64,000 nt of DNA, from contig MU054391.1 in assembly GCA_013239625.1 (NCBI GenBank), forward strand, positions 7,721,095 to 7,785,094. Direction: 5' to 3'. Shown here piece after piece: positions 36,364 to 47,995 of this stretch. A model generated the notes under the pieces. The model worked only from the letters and a program-made list of their open reading frames with translations, had not been told where the DNA came from and ran no database searches. Each line of letters starts with the position of its first letter. Position 1 is the stretch's first letter. The DNA comes from Lama guanicoe (lineage: Eukaryota). The position numbers and the translations under genes are program-made.

Positions 36364-36901
36364 CTGAGCCGGGCAAATTAGGGTCCAAAGGCCAAATCAG
36401 GCCCACCCCTGCTTTGGGGTTACTCCTGAGCTAAGAATTCTTTTTACAGATAAACAAGATTACACTGTATAGCACAGGGAAATATACACAAAATGTTATG
36501 ATAAATCACAGAGAAAAAAATGTGACAATGAGTGTGTATATGTCCATGAATGACTGAAAAATTGTGCTGAACACTGGAATTTGACACAACACTGTAAAAT
36601 GATTATGAATCAATAAAAAATGTAAAAAAAAAAAGAATTCTTTTTACATTTTTTAATGGTTAAGGGAAAAAAAAAATCCAAGAAGTATAAAACTTTGGGA
36701 CCTGTGAAATATCTGAAGTTCTAATTTCAATGTCATGGGCAAAGTCTTATTGGCATACAGTCACCTCTCCCCTCTTCATTTACGTATGACCTGTGGCTGC
36801 TTCCCTAACCCAGAGGCAGTGTTTGGGCAGAAATCCAACAGCCCACAAAACCGAACATGTTTCCTATCTGGTCCTTTATAGAGAAAATTCGCCAACATCT
36901 G
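36364..36901 (+). mobile_element. MER58B-like hAT-Charlie element
   Basis: ggccaaatcaggccc...gagctaagaat...ctatctggtcctttatagagaaaattcgccaacatctg. Degenerate 8-bp TSD atgtagta/atgtagag. Confidence 0.85.
36449..36632 (+). mobile_element. Young 5'-truncated L1 3' UTR inserted in MER58B
   Basis: Perfect 16-bp TSD aagaattctttttaca (36433-36448, 36633-36648), with aataaa and an A tail. Confidence 0.9.
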
Positions 36902-37117
36902 ATGTAGAGGACTAGTTAACAAGAGGAACCTGTGTTTCTAGAGGAAGAGGGGAAAAAATCATTAAAATTATGGGAGAGAAGAGAAAACTGAGCAAAATTT
37001 TTGACCTGGTCAGTCGAAAGGTGAAATCATGCTCTACACAGAAGGGAGGGGTTATGAAAGAGTCTGGTTCACTGCAACCCACCTCCGGATCTTAATTCTT
37101 TCCTATCTGTACCTTAG

Positions 37118-37295
37118 ATCAATGACTCTGAGCCCTAGCTGTACATTAACATTGCATAGGAGGCTTTAAAAAATATTTAGATCCTTGGGATCCACTACCA
37201 GATATTCTGACTTAATTGGGTAGGGGAAGGGGCTGGGTATCGTTTTGAAGCTCCCTGGGTGATTATACGAACAGCCATGTGGAACTACGGAGCTA
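37118..37295. mobile_element. MER5-type hAT element
   Basis: gctgtacattaacattgcataggaggctttaaaaaata...gatattctgacttaattggg...aagctccctgggtgatt. Confidence 0.75.
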
Positions 37296-37669
37296 GCGTA
37301 CAGGGAAGCTTGTAGGTGAATATAATTGGGTCCATTGGTGGCAGAGAGGAAAAAAAAAATAGAAGCAGGAATTGTACTGCAAGTGAAGTCAGGGTTTTCC
37401 AGAAGGATGAGTATACTGACTGGTACATACTGGTACTGAACTGGTGTTCAGTTATTGTCTATTGAATGAACAACAGATACAGAAATGACCTGTGTCGTAG
37501 GAGCTCATTGTTCACAAATGTCATCTCATCTTCCAAAATGACCAAAGGAGAATGAGGGAAGGTTTCACAGAGAGCATGCTTTTTCATCTCCATGGTGCCC
37601 GTCTGGAGTCATGCATGTATTAATGCTCAGTAAATGCGTGTGTCTTCATTCTGGAAGTCACTTGTGGGC

Positions 37670-38266
37670 TGTAGGAGTTGCTGTGAAACCAATTGCCACT
37701 CACTTATTGGCTTAGCACAACACGGGCTTCCTACCTCACAGATTCTGTGGGTCAGAAGTCCAGATATAGCTTGACCAGTTCTCCGCTCAGGCAATGAAAA
37801 TGTCTACCAGGGCTGGGGTCTCATCTGAGGCTCCAAGTTCTCCTCCAAACTCACTGGTTATTGGCAGAATTCAGTTCCTTGTGGCTGTGGGACTGAGGCC
37901 CTCAGCTGCGAGAGGCCACCCACAGCCACATGGCTACTTCCCACAGCCACATGGCTGCCACATGGCTACTTCCACAACAGGATAGTTTGCTTCTTCAGAC
38001 TAATGGAAGAGGGTGCCTGCTGTGGCCTTTAGACCCTTTTAATAGAAACACCTGATTAGGTCAGACCCACCCTGGATATCACTCTTTAGGTTGTGATATC
38101 AAAGTCAACTGATTAGGGGCCTTAATTCCATCATCAATAGCTCTTCACCTTTACCCCACAATGTAACTTAATTACAGGAGTGGTACCCCTCATCTGCATG
38201 TCTCACACTCGAGGGGAGGGATTATACCAGGACCTTTGGGGGTCATCTTAAATTCTGTCTACCACA
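37670..38266 (-). mobile_element. MLT1E-like MaLR LTR
   Basis: ttggcagaattcagttccttgtggctgtgggactgagg...cctgattaggtcagacccacc...ggggtcatcttaaattctgtctaccaca. Confidence 0.85.
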
Positions 38267-38447
38267 TGGGCTCTTCCCTCATCATGTGACCCCTTAGACT
38301 TACAGGCCATCTAGGGAGCCACTTATGCCACAGAGGAGTATCCTGAATAGTGAACAGGAAGAAGTCTGTGTGGCCCGCCCAGGATGTGAGCAGATCTGAT
38401 CAGCTTTGTGACCTCAAGCAAATCACTTCAAGTGTATTTGCTTTTCC

Positions 38448-38792
38448 TGTTGGGAGACAACTCTCCATTGGGTTCTCACATTTCAGCATGTATTACAAGC
38501 AGAAGCAATAACAATTTTGTTTCAGTCTATCCTTTCAACAGCTTTGGAGACAGAGAACAGGTTTGTTTACTGTCTCTCTCCAGGGCGAATGTTGCACAAG
38601 GTCGCTTGCAGACCAACAGTCCGCACTGTGTTGCCCTGAGCTTGGGATTCCTCAGCTGTGATGAAAACCTACTGTGTGTTCAGTATCCCCCGGGTCCTGC
38701 TTCTGCGTTGGCTCCAGGAGAACTGGGGGACAAAGAGAACCAGTGTGGCCTTGGGTTTCATGCTGCTAGCTGTGTTGTTAATAACAAAGTCC
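38448..38792 (+). mobile_element. ERVL LTR (MER76-like)
   Basis: Starts tgttgggagacaactctccattgggttctc and ends near aataacaaagtcc. Confidence 0.7.
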
Positions 38793-41139
38793 AAGGGTGA
38801 AGACTGTGACCTTCCCTGGCTCGTAGCCATACTGCTTCTCACCGCTTTGCCGCTGTGTGAGTGATTTTTCCCAACTGAATTTCCTTAGCACCTCATCCTC
38901 TGGTTCTTCCAAATCACCGTCAGGCATCACTTCTTCCTTGGAAAGTTTCGTAACTCATCCGCTCTCTCCTCTAGAAAAAGTCAATGACATTTTCCTTTTT
39001 ATCACCTTTTAATTTACACTTATTTACCACGAATGCCAGATTAAAAGGCTAAATATCTTCCTCAAAAAAAAAAAGTATCATTTTGAAACAAAGGAGTTGT
39101 ATTCTATCTGATTTCATAGTGAGTCAGTTACAGGGGTCTCCCCCTAATATTTTATTTTTCAAATCAGAGTAGTGTTTGGAGAAGAGACGTTAGCACTGAG
39201 CAACTTCAGCAAATGTTGGTATTGGATCCCCACAGAAGTCACCTAATGGAATTATTAACAAATGAGGCAAAGAAATTTAATTTAGGTATAATTATTCCTC
39301 TGGGTGTGGGGAGATTATGACCTCTTAAGTTCTTTCCTGGCATGTGGTCACAAACAAGACTTTAAAAAATCATTTCAAAACGCAATAGAGAAAGAGATTC
39401 ATCTTGTGAAGACCACGAAGAACAAATGGAGCTTGCAGCTTAAGATAAAATTTCCAGTGACAACGTCTTATTAGGATTCGGGAAGGGTTGCCTGTCAAGC
39501 AGCTGGAGGTAAAGATGCGGCGTGTAGGGTGATTCCAAGACCAGTTCTACTGATGAGCGGCACCAGCACCGAGGGGCCACGTGGAGAACATACTTACTCC
39601 ATGAAATGAGAGTAGAAAGAGTGGACGTAATTTGAAATGTACATCTAATTTGACATTTACCTGTTTTATGAAGCTTTTGGTCAGCTTAGCTACTTATATA
39701 TTATAGGCGATTGTGTGTGTGCATGCACGTGTGTGTGTGCACATGTGTGTGTGCAACTCTTTTTTGGACTTTCTAATTAGGAACCTGGGGATCTCATTAC
39801 ACTCACAGCTATTTTGTATCTGGTCGTAAATGATGAACATTCTCGGCATCATAGACATGACTGACAGCCTCTTCTCCTGAAAGAGCTAGAGTTCGAAGTC
39901 ATTGCATCCTCGGCGTTTTGCACAGTGTCTCATTCACGGTAGACGTAAAATTCACGTTGCGAGTGACCATCCTCCCACGAGGTGTCAGTTTCCTTCTCTA
40001 TAAAATAAGGTGCTTCAGCTCGCTCATTTCCACTGTCCTTCTGGGCTCGGGTACTCCGAGGGCCCTTCACGCCATGGCCGCAGAGGGTGGGAGGCTGCAA
40101 CTGCCTGCAAGTCCATGAGAGGACCTGGTTGAAGTCTCCCCTCAGAGGCCTGATCAAGAAAGCCTTGCCAGGGCTGAATGGCGCCTTTGTGACCGTCCCC
40201 CTCCCCCTTGCACCGGGGCCAGGTCTGTGGGAAGAGGGGAAGCGTGTGCTTTACGGCATGTTTTGCTAATGTGAGAATCAAAGGCTTCGCAGGTGTTAAT
40301 GGCGGCAGCGGTGCAGAAAGCCCGGAGTGACATAACTTGGTTCGGGTCTGCGCTGGTGTGACTGCCTCTCTTGGCTCAGCTAACTCTCAGTTTCCTTTCA
40401 CCTTTCGGTGGCGAAGAACCTGGTGAGCTGAGGCAAAGTTTCCTAGGGATTAGAATGTAAACCCAATCTTCCTGTACCCCAGGTCCCAGGGCTGGGAGTC
40501 AGCTGGCTGAGGCCGGGGAGGGAGCTGGGGAACATTCACAGCTCTCTCCACGTGCAAGAGATGTGGGAGAAGGAAACATGCTCCTGGGGCCCCTTAATCA
40601 AGACCCCAAGCCCATTTCTCCTCTTCCGCATCAATGGATGCTGTCACCTCCCCCTGCCTGCACAGGAGTTAAACATCTTATTTCTGTCTTGTTCATGAAA
40701 TTCTCAATTTAAAGAGCTCAGCCTGGCTGCCTCTGGTGCCTGGCGGCTTAGGGACACCCCTTCCCAATTATCACCTCCAGAATAAACCCATTCAGTCCTC
40801 TGCAAAAACAAATAACATCACCAACAATAACCTCATGATCACATGCCATCAGCTCCTGGGTGAGGATTTCTACCTGGGACACCTTCCCGCTAAGTCCACA
40901 CAGTCCAGCGAGGCAGGCAGTGAAGGCGTTAACTGTTCGCACTGGCCAGTCCGGAGCATGAAGGCTCGCAGGGGTGAAGCCAGTTTCCTCAGGATGACCA
41001 AGTGCCTCAGGCCGGCTCGACCCAGGTCTCGGCCCTCAGACTCAGCAGGAGGAGCGCCTTGAGAAAGCACTTCTTGCAGGATCGCCCCAGAACCGATCTT
41101 TCTTCCACTGGGGCAGGGCTGATGTGTGTGGCATGGAGG

Positions 41140-41330
41140 AGAGAGCGAGGATTTGGAGTGAATTAATGCTCTATTCAAACCCCAGTCCTCTCATTTACTA
41201 ACTGTGTTACTAAACATTTTGTAAACATCGTTTCATAAATGAATTTATTTATAAAGATGGTTATAACCTCTTGGGATTTCTGGAAGATATAAATGCCTCA
41301 ATAGAAGTCAATTACTCAAATTAAGTGCCC
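41140..41330 (+). mobile_element. MIR SINE fragment
   Basis: tttggagtga...ttcaaaccccagtcctctcatttactaactgtgt. Confidence 0.6.
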
Positions 41331-41928
41331 AAAAACCATGAGCTCCTCTCTCCTTTTCTTTAAAAGATACACCCCTTCTCCATCAGGAATTTTACCTACA
41401 GATCTTCCAAACGGCAGGGCTGCAGAAAGACATAAGGTAAAGAATCTATTAAAATAAGGGACCAAGCATCATCACATGGGAGGTTCATGGCAGAGAGGAC
41501 TGAACGATTTGGAGTTTTCAGCCCAATCATCCCCCAAGTTGGATGAGCCCCTCTGGACAGAGGCCGGCTTCCTTTTGGCTGTCAGCCCTGCTGTTCCAGG
41601 GTCCAGCCTCACTCGTCTGAGACCAGGACCTCGAACACCCGTAAACTCGCTGGTTGTTGCAAAGTTCCCTAAACAAAATGGTACGTGATGAGGCAACGCA
41701 AGGACAGATTTCTATCCTTCCACATTCCAGTGCAAGCTGGGGCTCAGACTCCCAGAAACTTCCTCTGCCCTGATGGGTCCCCGGTTCTCAGCTTTCAGTC
41801 ACTCTTTTCATCTCTTCGGTCTCTGAGCAGAATCCCTGCCTTGGTTGATAACGTTCCCTGGACTCACGGAGTTATCCAGGCACAGCGTTGCAGGTACCAG
41901 TTTATTTTGAAGCAAACATTTACAGCTG

Positions 41929-42244
41929 AAGAAGTCAGCTTCTATCTGAAATGAGTCAGACAGAGAAAGACAAATACTGCATGATATCGCTTACACTTAG
42001 ACTCTAAAAAAATACAACAAACAAGAGAATATAACAAAAAAGAGGCAGACTCACAGATACAGAGAATGAACTTGTGGTTACCGGTGCAGAGGGGAGGGCA
42101 GAAGGTAGACACCGCTGCGTGTAAGTTAGACAGTACTAGGACATATTGCACGACACGGGGGATGCAGCCAATAGTTTGTAGTATCTGTGAATGGAGTATA
42201 ACCTTTTAAAAGTGTATTAAATAAATAAATGAATAAAATAAAAT
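41929..42244 (+). mobile_element. 5'-truncated L1 3' UTR
   Basis: gtcagacagagaaagacaaatactgcatgatatc...gcagactcacagatacagagaa, with a (taaa)n tail. TSD aacatttacagctg / aacatttccagctg. Confidence 0.9.
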
Positions 42245-42589
42245 AACATTTCCAGCTGTGGTACAAGAGCACACTCGCTCCATAGATGGAAATAATTGGC
42301 ATAAGGTACTCAGAATCTAAGACCAGGGAGATGAAGGAGCGACAGAATAACATTTTTGAAGCAATATTTTAAAAGTTTTTCAAATGTTTCCCGATCGGCC
42401 GGGCTTTGAGTGTATTTACACAGATGCGTCTTTCATCTCCATGTTCTTCAGCTCGGGCAGAGTCAACGTTCACACGTGTTTCTGATTCGGTCCCACTTTG
42501 TTACATCAACATGTTGTTTTGTCTAAGTTATTTAATACTGGAAAAAAAATCCTCCAGTAGCGTGTGTCTCTTTTGGAGAAGGAAGAGAC

Positions 42590-42759
42590 ATGGAACCGAC
42601 TACAGAATTTGCAACGCCCAGGGCAAATGTGCAGCCCTTATTAAAAAAGCTGTTAAGTATTTCAAGAGATGACCAAAGATCATTAAACCAAGCCTGGGAC
42701 CTTTCTGAGGGCAGGATCTTAGAAGACTGCCCGGGTCACTGGCCCGTGAAACCACCTTG
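42590..42759 (-). mobile_element. MER45A-like hAT-Tip100 element
   Basis: ctacagaatttgcaacgcccagggcaaat...tttcaagagatgacc...cattaaaccaagc...cccgtgaaaccaccttg. Confidence 0.8.
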
Positions 42760-44282
42760 GACATTTCAGAGAGCACAAGTGCAATGGTCAAAGGCCTTCA
42801 GACTGGCATCTTATCCACATTCTTTAAAACATGGATTCAAAACTGATGACACAGGGCTGTCTAAGTGCAATGGAGTCCACAGTTGGGAGAAGGCTCTTGT
42901 CTGTGCGTCCATTCACCACCCACACATTCTGTGAGGGTTTGCTGGGTACCGCGGATGCTGCTTGAGGCTGGGGATGCAAAGATCTGTAAGGAAAGGCACT
43001 GCTTGTTATTTCTGTATCCCCAGCATGAGAGAGAGGCTGCTATACACATTTCATGAAAGGCCATTTGAATATATGGGCTGACTGAGGAACTCCCATAGAG
43101 AGACCACAGACAGGACATGGTCCAGGGTGATAACCGCGCTGGGTGAGGCACTTGTGGAAGAAACGTTATCCTTCTCACTTGATTGCATCATGATGCCTAC
43201 ACAATCTCAACCACCCCCACAACCCTGACTACCTTCCTGCTGTTAATTCCACAGGCATAGGAGTTCCCAGCCTCTGGTTTGGACATCTACACGGTGACAT
43301 GAAGATGGCACGAGCAATGCTGCCCAGGAACACGGTGGAAGCAGGAGGCAGCCTGCTCAGACCCGCGGACATGGCACGTTCCTCAGTCCACGGCAGACAG
43401 AATCGCTGCGATCCTAAAGACAGAAAGTCCACCCTTAGCCATTCCTCTACCAGATACATCCCAATCCTTCATCCCAACGAGTAGGATCTTGAACATGGTA
43501 CCCTAAGGTGGTAGTGATGGAGGTGATGACTTACTTTCACTGTACAGCATCATGTATGGAAAACATACAAACCAGCTCTTAGTCTGCCCTGGTGACAAAG
43601 CCCATACAAGCCGGGCTAGGTTCTGAGCATCTTCTGTGGGCAGGTGACGACTCTAGCTTGGTGCCTTGGTTCTGTGAGATCAGGACTTCTCTCTCAATTT
43701 GACTTATGAGGAAACTGAAGCCAAGAGAAATCAGATGCCCTTCCCAAGTGGGTGCTCCACCCAAGATGCCCGGGCTCCAGCTCTCTGTATACTGCACACA
43801 GCTGGGGCCTCGGCAACCTTTTCTGCGAAGTGAGAAGCAAACCTCTGTTCTGGCTACGTCAAGGTTTGCTGAAGGTCAGATATAGGGATGGATTAAAACC
43901 ACCTTGAAAACTGTGAAGCATTGCAATGGATATGTAAATGACTATCATTATTTTTCAGCAAAGAGAAATACACATTATATTCAAATAACATTATGAGAAG
44001 AACATGGTATATGTATTGCTTTGTATTCTTTGCCAAGTCTCAGAGCAATTATTTTAATTTTTATTACCTGATTATAAAAATCACATGTGCTTATTGTGAA
44101 AAATACAAGTGATACAGACAAAAAAATAGGGCAAATGCCCCTATATCCCAGACCCTAATGGTAAATATTTATATCTTGTGTCTTCTATATGCATGGGCCC
44201 ATGAAACACATTGTTGAGAGAAGACTGTATCATGTAGGAATATGCACACTGTTTACATCCTAAAATTACATCTTAAAATTTA

Positions 44283-44650
44283 TCATTCATTCCTTCATTC
44301 AACATGGCTGAGTTTCCACTGTTTTAGACACATGCTAGGTCCTGGGGAGTAAAGATGAGCGATGCGGAGAGTAAAACTGAGCAAGGCAGGTAGAACCAGG
44401 CAGAGTAATGACAAAAATGAACCTGATCAAATCTCATGAGGGTGTTGGAAAGAAGAATATGTGAAATGAAACTAGAGGACAAAGAGGAGTTATTAGAATA
44501 AAGGGAGGCTGTTTAGGAGGGGCACAATCTGTGTGTAAGGACAGGACAGAGCGCAGCACGCAGCAGGAACGTGGAATGAAAACAAGACGATTATGGCTGG
44601 GGCTCAAAGAGCAAATGATGAGATGTAGTGTATGGAATGGCCCCGTCATT
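44283..44650 (-). mobile_element. L2 LINE 3' fragment
   Basis: tcattcattccttcattcaaca...gctaggtcctggggagtaaagatgag. Confidence 0.7.
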
Positions 44651-45239
44651 TAAACTTTATGTGAAATATCGTTTTGAAGGTCTGGTGCATTTTGAAGGTC
44701 TTCACTGCAAAACTTTAAAACGTGAGGAGGGTGCAGGTTGCAGAAAATCCGCCTCACCTCCGGCTTACGAGCTGGGACGCTTTCTTTCCCCGATTCTAAG
44801 TAGCTTCATTATCTTTGTCATCATGCATCTATCTCAGAGCAATCAGAGAAAGCTGCCTAAAACTACTGTGTTAAAATATACTTATACTCTAAGATTTAGC
44901 ATATAAAATGTTTCATTCTAGAGGAACACTTATTACCTGACAGATTACTTTATTCATGTGGTCTACCAGATGACGTTAGTGAAGAACTACATAACGTTCA
45001 GTTTCATGCATTAAAAAAAAATATATATATATACTTATCCTCTATACTTCGATTTATCTACTTGTCTCTGGCTTTTTTGCATTTTTCCCAAGTGCCTTCA
45101 AAAGTCTCAGCTGTAAGGATTTGTCTGTATTTTCTCGTAACGTGGAGCTTTGACTCCATGCAGCCTGTAGACCCAGCCCTGGCCTAAAAGGAAGGTGGAG
45201 ACTCATCACCTCCTCTGTCTTAGAAGATCCCGCTTTTGG

Positions 45240-45680
45240 CTCTTAAAGGAAGAGAAGATGGCGGCTTGGACTTTGGTTGAGGTACGCAAGTGTTTGAGGG
45301 CCGGCCCACCACTCGGTTTGGGGTGCCACGTCACCCCTCTGAGTCCCGGGGTCCTCACTGGTAGAAGAGGGTGAGTGGAAGTTGTGAGGATGGATGCAAA
45401 ACGGGTGAGGCGTGTGCAGGCCCGGCGCCGGGGCTGGGGGGGGGGCGCTGAGCAGTGAAAGGGGGTCGTTGTGACCGAGCCCCAGACTTGCAGTCTGCGG
45501 GCAAGGCCTCCAGGGAGGAAGCGGCCGGGCCGCTCCGTGGACGGGCATTTCCTGAGCGGCCGGAGCCTAACAAACGCGGGACTGACTGGCTCCTTTTCCT
45601 CCCTGTCCTTTCAGGGGCGACCGGGTCTGCATCTCGGGTAATTGGTGTTTTTGTTCTGTGTCTGCCCCCAGCGTGATTTC
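45240..45680. promoter_or_regulatory. Small CpG/GC-rich element, candidate promoter or enhancer
   Basis: Local CpG enrichment, AAGATGGCGGC (YY1-type, 45255-45265), TGCCACGTCA (45324-45333) and G-runs. Confidence 0.5.
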
Positions 45681-46513
45681 ACATTTTATAGGAAAGCCCC
45701 CAATAAACAATGAATTATAACCCCACAGTATAGGCCTTTTAAAACCCATTTGTTATTCAATTGCAAAACCCAAGAAGTTCATGCTGTGTTTGTAGATCGT
45801 GACACACTGGGAATCAGTTAATTTATTTATCTATGTTCAAAGCAGCCCCTTCTCTCTTCCTCTACAAGGTGCCTGAGCTGTGGTGGGCACTGGGGACAAG
45901 GCAAGGGGGTGAGGGGCTGGATCTCAGGCATACGGACAGCTTACTAAACGGCAAATGCTCTTTTATTGAAACTTTCCCTATTGTGATCTGAGACAGGTTT
46001 GCTAGTGTCACCATTTTATAGAAAAGGAAATTGAAGCTCAGATTTCTGCTTGGAATTGACCGGGTGGCATGACCAGGAAGTGGGGCTGAGACCTGAAGCA
46101 GGTACCTCTGATTCCAATGACTCTGCTGTCTTGAGATCATCTGTATGCTGTCCCCAAAGATGAGTGAAAAGTGTCTCCTGTCCTCAATTATGCTAAACCT
46201 GAAAGAATCTAAATTGAATGGAGGCCATAAACAACCCAAGCTCCCTACAGCTAGAGCCCTTCTGCTGAGAGATGGAGGTGGATGGCATGGGCTTGGCAGA
46301 CTCGTGGATGAGTCCACTCCCTGCATGTCAAACAGGATGAGCAAGGGGTGCACGGGTGGTCAGGGGAGGCCACAGAACTGTGTCTAGGGAGGATGCTGGC
46401 CCGGAGAGGTGAGCAATTCCAAAAACGCCATCAACCCAAATCCTGTCAACAAGATTCTCACAATAGATACAGACCCAGGGGTCAATTAAAAGTTTCTAAC
46501 CTAAGTTTAAATA

Positions 46514-46549
46514 ATCTTCTTTGAAGAAATGTCTATTCAATCCTTTGTC

Positions 46550-46595
<46 letters not shown>

Positions 46596-47745
46596 TACTA
46601 CTACTGACTTGTAGGAGTTCCTTATATATTTGGAATATTAAGCCCTTATCAGAAGCATGGTTTTCAAATAACTTCTCCCATTTCAGGTTTTCCATTCACT
46701 CTGTTGATGTTTTTCTTTGCTGTGCAGAAAGTTCTTCATGTAACAGAGTCTGATTTGTCCCTTTTCCTTTTGTTGCTTGTGCTTTTGGTGTCATACCCAA
46801 GAATCCTTGCCTAGACCAATGTCGTGAAGCTTTCCCCCTATTTTCTTCCAGGACTTTTACAGTTTTAGGTCTTACATTTAAATCTTTAATTCATCTGAGT
46901 TGATGTTTGGATAAGATAAGGGCCCAATTTCAGAAGACATTCAGATGGCTGAAGAGTATGTGGAAAGATGTTTGGCAGCGCGAATCATCAGAGAAACGCA
47001 CGTCAACCATGAGATGTCACCTCATGGCTGTCAGAATGGCCATTATTACAAAAGAAGAAAGAAAAAAAGATAACAAGTGTTGGCAAGGATGTGGAGAAAT
47101 TGGAATTCTTATACACTGTTGGCGTGAATGTGAAATGGTGTAACCACAATGGGAAAGAGTATGGCGGTTCCTTAAAAACTTGGTATAGGGCTCCCATAGA
47201 ATTCAGCAATCCTGCCTCTGGGTATATGCTCAAAAGTATTAAAATCAGAATCCCAAAGAGATATCTGCACGCCCATGTTCTCTGGGTCACTATTGCCAAT
47301 AGTTGAGATCTGGAACAACCTAGTGAATGAATGGATACAGAAAATGCGGTACCTGCACACACCAACATACAATGGAGTATCATTTAGCCTTGAAAAGGAA
47401 GGAAATTCCACCATATGAAGCAATATGGACGGAGCTGGAGGACATTATGCTGAAATAAAATAAGCCAGTCACAAAGGGGCAAATGCTGTGTGGGTCTGCT
47501 TACATGAGGTTTCTAAAATAAAACAAACTTATAGAAGCAGAGAGTAGAAGGATGGTTGCCCGCTGCTGGGGGGGAGGGGGCAGCGGGACGTCCCTAGTCA
47601 AAGGGTACAGAGTTTCAGCTACACAGGACGAGTACCAGGAGAGCTCTGCCGTGCAGTAGTGTGTCCACCGTGAACAACGCTGCATTGTGCGCTTGGAAAT
47701 TTAAGAGGGTCGATCTCATATTAGTGTCCTTACCACCATGAAAGT
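46514..47745 (+). mobile_element. L1MA9/10-like element with 5' inversion (antisense 46514-46930, sense 46931-47745)
   Basis: The antisense part starts tcttctttgaagaaatgtctatt. The sense part resumes at agaagacattcagatgg, the adjacent L1 position. Contains (ATT)n at 46553-46605. Confidence 0.85.
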
Positions 47746-47809
47746 GAATGGTCTTAAGCTCCTACTAAAAAGTAGGTGTGCTCTCCCAGCGTCACTAAAC
47801 TGAGGTTCC

Positions 47810-47995
47810 CCATCACTGGTTCTCCCCTTGGCCTGCACACGAAAATGCTTTAGCGGTATTTTAACAAATGCAGATGTCTGGGCTTCCCCCCCCAAAGTCT
47901 ATTTCATGGTCTAGGATGCATCCCTGGCACTAATCGTTTTTAAAATCTTCACAAATGAACTCACAGGCAGCCAGGTTTGAGAATCAGTGACTTGG
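47810..47995. mobile_element. MER5-type hAT element
   Basis: tggttctccccttggcctgcacac...aaatgcagatgtctggg...gcagccaggtttgagaatcagtg. Confidence 0.75.

Noticed and set aside
37919..37977. Short tandem duplication of gccacatggct units
   Set aside because: Local slippage inside an MLT1E LTR, with no sign of function.
46529..46753. ORF with a poly-Leu stretch resembling a signal peptide
   Set aside because: It is a translation of an (ATT)n microsatellite in antisense L1.
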